Below are positions 56,085 through 64,000 of a stretch of 64,000 nt of DNA, in pieces (positions within the stretch are counted from its first letter, which is position 1; each line of letters starts with the position of its first letter). Made by a program: the position numbers and the translations under genes. The notes under the pieces were generated by a model. It saw only the letters and a program-made list of their open reading frames with translations. It made no database searches and was not told the origin of the DNA. Origin of the DNA: Camelus ferus (lineage: Eukaryota). The stretch lies in assembly GCF_009834535.1 (NCBI RefSeq), contig NC_045717.1, positions 24,738,001 to 24,802,000 on the forward strand, written 5' to 3'.

Positions 56085-56400
56085 GCCTCGCATGTACCGC
56101 GCAGGCTGCGGCAAGGGACTTCGGCTGTACCGACGTGCGCGTCTCTGCCGCAGCGCCTCACTCAGTCAGACAGCTTGAAAGCAGCCCCGCGGCGCACTCG
56201 GATGGGCTGGCTGCCGGCCAAGGCAGCTGTATTTATAGACCCTGAAATGTGAATTCCTCGTAATTTGCATGTGTCATGAAATTTAATTCTTCTTGTTACT
56301 TTTTTCCATGACCATTTGAAAATGTGAACCCATTCTTAGCTTGAGGGCTTTACAGAAACATGCTGTGGGCTGGATTTGGCCCATGCGCCATAGTTTCCCT
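56085..56400 (+). mobile_element. MER58B-like element
   Basis: GAAAGCAGCC..CTGAAATGTGAATT..CCATTCTTAGCT..GGATTTGGCCCATGCGCCATAGTTT. Confidence 0.7.
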
Positions 56401-56517
56401 CCCCAAATACTACACAAAATAAATGTTTAAGTGAATAATGTTTAGTGCCCCATTAAACCATGTGCCCAGTTTATTAGCATGACAGCAATGTACTGTTAGT
56501 GATTATGTCAGCAGTGA

Positions 56518-56604
56518 TTTTTTTTTTTAATGGAGGTACTGGGGATGCAGCCCAGGACCTGGTGCCTGCTGAGCATGCGCTCCAGCCCTGACATATACCC
56601 TCCC
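56518..56604 (-). mobile_element. Diverged Vic-1-type SINE, short form
   Basis: T-tract then TGGAGGTACTGGGG..CCCAGGACC..GCTGAGCATGCGC. Confidence 0.8.
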
Positions 56605-57394
56605 ACCTGCATTTTTGATTAAAGACACAAGTGTTGAAAATGCCACTGAATAAAATAAAAGGTACATTGGGTGGGGTTTTTTTTCTTATTAAAAATTCTG
56701 AGAGATTTTTAAAAACAGGTTTATTGAGATAGAATCAACACCATACAATTTATCCATCTGACATGTGAACGTCAGGGATTTTTGTGTATTCACAGGGTTG
56801 TGCGACCATCAACTACAATCGGTTTGAGAATATTTAACCCCCGCTCAAAAGAAGCCCTGTCCCGTTAGCAGTCACGCTCCACGCCCTCCTCAGCGCCTGG
56901 CAACGCGAACCCACCTTCTGTGTCCGGGTTTGCAGGCTGCGTCCCCCTGGGCCTCTCCCCTTGGCTTCCAGACGGGCGTCTTCTCCCTGCGCCCTCACGG
57001 GTCTTCCCACTGCATGTCCCAGCTTCCTCTTCTTATGTGGACCCCAGGCATATTGGACTGAGGCCCACCCTCGGGACCCCATCTTAATATAATCACCTCC
57101 ACATATAATCACACGCTGAGGTCCTGGGAGTCAGGGCTTCAACACATGAATGTGGGGGCGCACAGTTCAGCCCATGAGTGTCTCTTTTTTTTTTTTTTTC
57201 TTCTGCTTTTGTTTCTGTTTGAAGTGAGGAGAGAACAGATTCAAATCCTGCTCAGATACACCAGGACATGGTGTCCAGAGCGGAGGTGCACAGCTCGTCG
57301 GTAGCCAGGTGGGGACGGCAGCCGCGCCCTCCCGACCCTCAGCCTGTGGGCCCCTTCACCCGTCTTCTGCGGGTCCCGGAAGACTAGCAGATAC

Positions 57395-57497
57395 AGGGCC
57401 AACCATCTTGGTCGGTTCTGAGGGATTTCTGGGGAAGCGGGACTTTTAGTGCTAAAACTGTGAAGTCCCTGGCAAATCCGGACAGTTGGTCACCCTA
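57395..57497 (+). mobile_element. MER81-like MITE
   Basis: GGACTTTTAGTGCTAAAAC..GGCAAATCCGGACAGTTGGTCACCCTA. Confidence 0.7.
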
Positions 57498-58195
57498 CTA
57501 GCGGCCTGCACTGGGTCTTCAGGTTGGTGGGGAAGGAGCTGCGCAGGGCCTCAGCTGAAGCTAGTGCCAGGGACCAGCGCCAGGCCCAGCGGGTCCTCCT
57601 GGCTCTGCTGCCGTCCGTCTGTCTGCTCAGCACTCTGTCTTGTGTGTCTTGCTCTGTGCTGGGTCTTGAGGCCATAAGGGCAGAGGGCAGCAGTGATGGC
57701 TGTTCTGGGTGAATGTTGTCAGCAGGAAGGCTGTGTTTAGAAGGGGCAGCAGCCAGGTGGACCGGCCCGTCGGGAGGCTCCCACCTGGGGCACAGGAAGT
57801 GAGCAGTTTCCTGGAGCCTGGGGCCCCAAACCCGGGCTGGGATGGAGCTGTCGGACCCACCCGTTGCCTGCCTGCTCTGTGGCGAAGGGTGGGGATCCTT
57901 TGGGCACATGGAGACCCCAGTCCACGGACCCCACCGTGAGAAGCTTGCAGGACAGTGGGGTTGTCGTAGGCGGTGAAATGAAGGGCCTGGGCTGTGTGGC
58001 GAGTGAGGGGCAGGGCTCTGGACACCCGCACCCCACACCCTACCGCTGCCTCCTCGCTGACTGCAAGTGCAGCCAGACAGCCCGCGGGGCCCTCACTGCA
58101 CCTGTGCCCCGTCCTGCGCCCGGACCTGATCGCCCTTCCTCCCTCCCTCTTCTTTTTATTGAGGTGAAGCTCACACAACATAAATTTAATCATTT

Positions 58196-58349
58196 AAAAA
58201 ATTTTAAATTAATTAAGTAATTTTGTTTTGGGGAGGAGGAATGTACTTAGGTTTATTTATTTACTTTTTAGAGGAGGTACTGGGGATTGAACCCAGGACC
58301 TCGTGCATGTTAGGCATGTGCTCTACCACTTTGAGCTATACCCTCCCCC
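58196..58349 (-). mobile_element. Vic-1-type SINE inserted in an old L1 fragment
   Basis: Full consensus; perfect 15-bp TSD TAAATTTAATCATTT at 58181-58195 and 58350-58364. Confidence 0.9.
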
Positions 58350-59629
58350 TAAATTTAATCATTTTAAATGAGTGTTGTGCAACCATCACCTCTGTTTAAT
58401 TCCAGAACATTCCATCACCCCGAATAGAAAGCCTGCCCCCTTCAGCAGTCACTCCTCCCCTCCCGCAGCCCCTGGCAGCCAGGAATCCGCTCTCTGTCTC
58501 TGCGGATTAGCCTGACGTTTCATATGAGTGGAATCAGACAGTATGTGTCCTTCTGTGTCTGGTTCTCTCACTGAGCATCACGTCCTCAATATTCACCCCT
58601 GTTGGAGCAGGTGTCAGAACTTCTTTCTTTCTAAGGCTGAATAATATTCCAGTGTGTAGATGGACCACATTTTGCTTACCCATCATTTGATGGATGTTTA
58701 GGTTGCTCCCACCTTTTAGCCACTATTAATAGTGCTGCTTTGAATATTCATATAGAAGTTCTTGTTTGAACACCTGTTTTCAATTCTTTTGCGTATATTC
58801 CTACGAGTGGAATTGCTAGGTTATATGGTAATTTGTTCTTTCTTTTCTTTTTTTTCCCCAAATATTCCCTGGCTTTGTTCAAAGCTGGCTGGACTGCAGG
58901 TTTTTACTGCCCTTCTGGATTGAGTGGGGCAGGTGGCTTCAGTTCCACGGCTGGCCCTGGGGCGTCATCCTTGGTCAGGGGGCACCCTGTCCTCTCCCTC
59001 TCTCCCCCTACTCTATCTACCCCCATCTTCAGTCTCTATGGGAACCCAACCTCCCTTGGGCAAAAAGAATAGCATCTGAGGAGATCTGAGATCAAATCCC
59101 AGCTCCTAGGCCACTGACCATCTCTGAGCCTCAGTCTTCCTGTCTGTGAAATGGGTGTACATGATAAACTGTCTCACGACGTTCTGGGCAAGGCTCAGGG
59201 CGATGTGGTTCCTGGGATAGGAAGTGTGTCCTTACAAGCACCCTGGGTCCTCAGAGGTTCCCCATAACACAACAAAGTAGGTGTCAGCTCCAATCACAGA
59301 GGAGGTGCTGGCATGCAGTGAAGGTGGGGCTCAGCTATGAGCTAAGAGCACCCTCAGGCTTGGCTGACCTCCGAGTCCCTGGCCTGGGCTGTGCTGTACT
59401 GTTTGTTGAAAGCTGGTGGGAAATTTTGCTTTTGGAGAAACCAGGCCCGAAGTACCCCCAGTAGCCCTCCAAGGTCATGCTGGCATGGGTCCAACAGGTA
59501 GAGACTGCCTGCCCAGAGCTCTCAATGCCCCCCCACGGGCCACCAATGCACTGAGAGGGGGCAGGAGTGTCCCTCTTAGCACCTCAAACACGACAGGCTG
59601 GACCCCAACAATTGAAAAACAGGGTGAGG

Positions 59630-59635
59630 TTTAAT
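59630..59635 (-). terminator. NMRK2 polyadenylation signal (ATTAAA)
   Basis: ATTAAA on the minus strand ~210 nt past the stop, followed by a T/GT-rich tract. Confidence 0.7.
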
Positions 59636-59842
59636 ACACAAGCCGCCGTCGAGGTTACAGAGGCGTCTCAGGGCGGGACACTGGGCTGCGAGCGGGGCTT
59701 CCACTCTCATATATACAGACTTCCCCAAAGGGCAATGGTCATGCAGTGTCTGGCTGGGATGAGACCAGCCTGGCCGTGCTGTGGCTGAAATAGTGTGTGG
59801 GTCCCTGCAGTCGGGGGCAAGGCCCCTCTTCTCTGGTCACGC

Positions 59843-62800
59843 CTAGGAGCGGTTCAGGAGCCAGTTCTGAATGTCTTCCAGGACTTGGTGGAAGAGCTCC
59901 TCGCGGGACTTCATGCCGTCCAGGTACACTGAAATCAGAAAGGCCACAATCAGGGCCCCTCGGGACTTTGCCGAGGGCCGGGTCACTGGGGTTGCTGCCA
60001 GGAGGCAGGTGGCTGGCTCACAGAGGACTGGTGGACTGCTGGGTCAGGAGGAAGCTGACCTACGGAGTCAGGCTGCTGGAACAGAATTGGCCTCTGGGGC
60101 CCAAGGCAAGAGAGACTAGTAGTGAGACTCGAGGAGGGACTTCCAGGTTTCCCAGACGGTCTCAGCGGGGAAGGGCTGGCCTCATCCTACTCAGGGACTT
60201 ACCTACTTCCACGCCACTGGCTTCCATCTCCCGCTTATACTTCTGGTACATAGGCCACACATGGCCATCGAAGAGGCCAGGGGGGTCGGGGACTGGGTAG
60301 CTTCGAATACTGGGGAAGGAGATGGATGAGAGTGAGTGATACCCATGTCACCCAAGGGTGGTGCCATGAGCAGAACCTCGGGTGTGAGAACTGGGTCAGG
60401 GGCAGCACCACAGGGGACGAGGACCCCACTGAGTCAGGGGCTCTGCGATGGGGCCTGGGTGCCCCAACTTCCAGCATCTTCACTGGCAGGTCTGGGAGAT
60501 GTCTGGGGCAGCTCCTGAGTGGGCCACTCTATCCAAGCCCCAGGCTGCGGGCTTCTGGAACACAGCACTGGCCACCCAGGAGCCTGCTGCCTTCAGGGTG
60601 GCCCTGTGTCCACAGGCATTACCTGGTTTCCTGGTCCCACCTGGGAATGCAGACAGGGCCTCCAGAATTACCTTCTCCTCCACTTGCATTCTTCATACGG
60701 GACAGTCAGGAAGTACCGTCGGCTATACAAGTCCACCAGGGGCCTGGGCCGTGGGGGGACATGGTCAGTGCCCATGGTCAAAGCACACCCCCCAGGGCCC
60801 TGGCCTCTGGGGGCTTTCCTGGCTGGTGAGGGCTGGGGGTTCTGACCTGATTAGTTAGGGGTGAGCGAGGGGACCAGCATCAGCCAGTCTTCTACTGCGC
60901 CCAGGAGCATCCTTGCAGCAGCCTCCCTCCCCGAGGACAGAGTCCTCCCTCTCCCCCGATTTGGATGGGCACTGAGAGGTATGTTGTCTTGCCTGGGGTC
61001 ACACAGAAAGGCTGGGGATCCCACCCAGCCTCCAGCTCTGCCTGAGGAAGCTGAGTTTCCCCAAGAAGTATGCATGTTTGCCCCGGACCCTTGAGCTGAG
61101 CCCAGCACTGCCCGCAGCACTGAGCCTCCCGCTGCACCTCCCACACACCCAGGCCTTGGTGTCCCATCCGTTGAAATAAAAACTCGGTGGCCTGGGAGGG
61201 CCTCGATTGCCTGGGGCCTGAACCCACAGAGGCTCACTTGTAGCTGTAGAGCAGGAAGCCTTCCAGAATGAGGATGTGTGTGTCCGAGGCGTCCAGCTGG
61301 ACACTGACCCCGTGGGCGCGGGCAAACTTCCGGGGACTGCTCACCCAGGCCTGCACGGTGCTCAGCATGGCCTCCATGTCCAGGGACTCCAGCACTGGGG
61401 GTGGGAGAGTGGGCGTTGGTGGGGCAGGGGGCCAGGAGACAGTGTGGGCAGGGGGCGGGGGGCTGCCGTCCATCCTTACCGTCCCACTGTTTGAAGCCGT
61501 CCTCCCCAACTGCTATTTGGTCTTGGGGCTGAAACAGAGGAGCCCAAGCCGCGGGCTCAGTGCCCGCCTTCCCACCTTACCCCACCATGGGGTGACAGCA
61601 CTTGGAGAGGCCACAGTGGGGGTCCGGGAGCACCTGCCTGTCCCGTCCCCCTGTAGCTGATGCTTAAAGGCTCAGAGGTCCCGGGCACTCAGACTGGCAC
61701 TCAGAGCCCCTCCCCAGCCTCGTAACTCTTGGGACCAGGAGTGGGGCAACTGTGCGTCCATCATCTCCTTACCCCTCACCCTCCACAAAACATCAAGGGT
61801 ATACTCAGCCCATTTTGCAGATGGGAAAGTGGAGGTGCAGAGGATAAAGGGTACTGCTCAGGTGGCACGCCCCCTCTGGGAACTGCAGTTTCCTCATTGG
61901 TCCCATGGGGGACGGGTGTGCTGAGAGAATGTGCCAGGTGCACAGTAGGTGCTCAGTAATCGAGAATGCCCGTCCCTTGCTCTCCCAGCGTGGGTTAGCC
62001 CAGGGTGACCCTGGAGAGGTCTGCTTGCCCTGAGGCTCCTTCTCAGGGGCTGCCTCCCCCAACCCCCGGCCGGGGCGGCCACCTTGAAGAAGTCATCCTG
62101 GTGGATCACGCAGCAGTTGGGCAGTGACTTAAGGAGGCTGTTGGTCAGTGTGGTCTTGCCGCCGTTGGTCACGCTGTGGAGAGAGCACACACGTGAGGCT
62201 ACCTGGGTCCCCTCTCCGGGCCTGCGCAGATCTGAGGCCCCCCCAGATCTGAGGCCCCCCCCCCACCCCAGGATCAGACTCAAATTGAAAACACGGGCCT
62301 GTAAAACCATAGAGCTAAGGGAGTATGTTTATTCACCCACGGTCAGAGAGGGCTTTCTAAGCAGTCAGCCCGGGCTGCCCGGGCCAGGCACAGGCCTGTG
62401 CGTGCCTGCCTGACGAAACAGAGAAAAGGGGCAGAGGGTATGAAAACAAACAAAAAAGCTAACACGCGGTTTTAGCTGGGGTCATGGAAGCACTGCTTTC
62501 TGTGTTCAGACTCCTTTAGCGTTACTGTAAACCCAGGAGGCGGGGCGCAGAGCTTTCCAGATGAGGAAACTGAGGCCTAAGTGTAACTTAGCCTCAGGAG
62601 GGCTTAAAAAAACCCAAAACATTAAAGCAAGTGCAAGCTGGGGGAGAAAAAATATTTGTGACAGGAAAACCAGCAGTTCACTGCAAAACTGGGAAGAGGC
62701 AATCACCCTACGACAAAGATTTTAAAAAAGCAATTGGCAAAGCAGGATGACCGGTTCATCCTGGTTTGCCCGGGATGTCTCTGGTTTTAGTGCTGAAAGT

Positions 62801-63835
62801 TCCAAGTCCTGGGGACACTTCAGTCCCAGGAAAAGTAGAATGACGGTCACCCCCAAGAGCTCTGGACTAGGGCTGATGAAGGACAGAGAAGGGTAGCTGT
62901 CAGGCCTTTCTGGAAATGCGTGTCCCTTTGACCTGTGTGTCCCGGATCTAGGAATCGGGTGGGAATCTGGGCGTGGAAGTGGGGAAGCTGCAGCCGATGG
63001 GAAAGGCGACCCCCGTAGATTATGGGGAGCAGGTTAGAACACGCCTGATGTTCATTTGGGTTCTTGCTGAAAGGCACACCTTGCCCTCAGGGCTGGCTAC
63101 AGAACGCCTCGCCCCGCAGGAAGAAATGGGTGCCCTTGGTCTCACTCTTACCAGGAATTTCAGGAGAGTGATGGAGCGTTAAACCGACGGGGAAGGACCC
63201 GGCCGCCCCAGGCAGGGAGCCCCACGCCAGCCTTGCTTATGCTTCATGTTTCTCAGGCATCATCTTAAAAGGCCTGGTTATTAGCAGTAAAACGGAGAGT
63301 TTGAAACCTGGGAAAGGCAAGGCCCCTCCCTGAGGGTCAGCAGCCGTGGCTTAAAAAGCAGGTGCCACAATCAGGGGAGCGCCATTCTGGGCTCCCCGCC
63401 CCACCTGCCCACGTGCCTCCCTGGGGCCCATGTCTCCCCACCCCCACCCCCACGGATGGCCCAGCACCTTAAGGAGGGTCTGCCTGAGCTTTATAAAGTC
63501 TTCTATCCCCCACAGAGTTCAGTGTGTGTTAGGGAAAAGCAACTTCCGTTTGGAATTTAAAATTGGGCCCCGTGCCCAGCCTGCGCATACCGCTGCGGGC
63601 CCAGAGCCCCCGAGGGCAGAGAGAAATCCCGCCCTCGCCCTCCGACCTTGGGCGGCCGACCCCTGCGACCCCATCCCCGGGCAGCCCTCCGCGCTTCCCC
63701 GGCGGCCGGCCCGCGCCTCCCCCGCCCGCCCGCACGCACGCACGCACGCACGCACAGGGGCGCGCCTCCGCCCCAGCAGAGCAGCCCGCCGGGGACGCTG
63801 GGCGCTCACCCTCCGATGCCCACGATGTACTTCAT
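59843..63835 (-). CDS. NMRK2: Nicotinamide riboside kinase 2 (MIBP/ITGB1BP3), 195 aa. Coding exons 63835-63810, 62173-62083, 61528-61480, 61394-61238, 60743-60672, 60309-60203, 59928-59843
   Basis: [18 protein letters not shown]-loop, [38 protein letters not shown]. All GT-AG; lengths sum to 588 nt; TAG at 59845-59843. Confidence 0.98.
62744..62853 (-). mobile_element. MER81-like MITE in NMRK2 intron
   Basis: GGATGACC..CCTGGTTTGCCCGGGA..GGTTTTAGTGCTGAAAGT..GGTCACCCC. Confidence 0.65.
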
Positions 63836-64000
63836 CTCCGCGCGGAGGGGCGGTGGGGACCGCGCTCGGCAGGCCGACTCCCGACTCCCCGGCACCCCGA
63901 AGCGCGCTCCCGAACGCCTCCCGGCGGCGGCGGCGGCTTCATTGAGAAAACCCTGCGCCTTTATAGGCCGGCGCGGTCCGAAGGACTATGGGGAGCGCGG
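63690..64000 (-). promoter_or_regulatory. NMRK2 CpG island and proximal promoter with TATA/CArG at 63958-63967
   Basis: CpG-dense. Minus strand reads CCTATAAAGG ~125 nt upstream of the ATG. A further upstream non-coding exon outside the window cannot be excluded. Confidence 0.7.
63721..63755 (+). repeat. (GCCC)n(GCAC)5 tetranucleotide repeat in the first NMRK2 coding intron
   Basis: cccgcccgcccgcacgcacgcacgcacgcac. Confidence 0.9.

Noticed and set aside
56224-56238. E-box plus MEF2-like GTATTTATAG
   Set aside because: Lies inside MER58B and fails the MEF2 consensus at position 1.
58723-58732. MEF2 consensus CTATTAATAG
   Set aside because: Inside an L1 fragment with no supporting motifs.

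Overview
Mammalian GC-rich genomic DNA, most likely a camelid (tRNA-Ala-derived Vic-1-type SINEs plus an artiodactyl-type L1 3' end), syntenic with human 19p13.3. Four protein-coding genes: PIAS4 (minus; exons 1-2 only, the rest lies left of the window), EEF2 (plus; 15 exons, 858 aa, hosts SNORD37 in intron 4), DAPK3/ZIPK (plus; 8 coding exons, 454 aa) and NMRK2 (minus; 7 coding exons, 195 aa). I traced exon boundaries by hand from GT-AG sites and the lengths sum to the expected CDS sizes. Intergenic and intronic DNA is mostly old L1/L2/MIR/MLT/MER repeats plus six short N-runs. The best unexplained signal is a candidate muscle-type transcription unit in the DAPK3-NMRK2 gap: MEF2 site, TATA box, short first exon, GTAAGT donor, strong acceptor, a further candidate exon and a poly(A) signal (~52.76-56.7 kb). 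Other leads are a perfect CArG box overlapping the NMRK2 TATA, an in-frame 18-nt microexon/CArG in DAPK3 intron 2, a fossil of the human NMRK2 C-terminal tail in the 3'UTR, and N-runs exactly the length of the exon sequence they hide. Comparisons with human or mouse are from memory and need alignment; repeat family names are by-eye calls.
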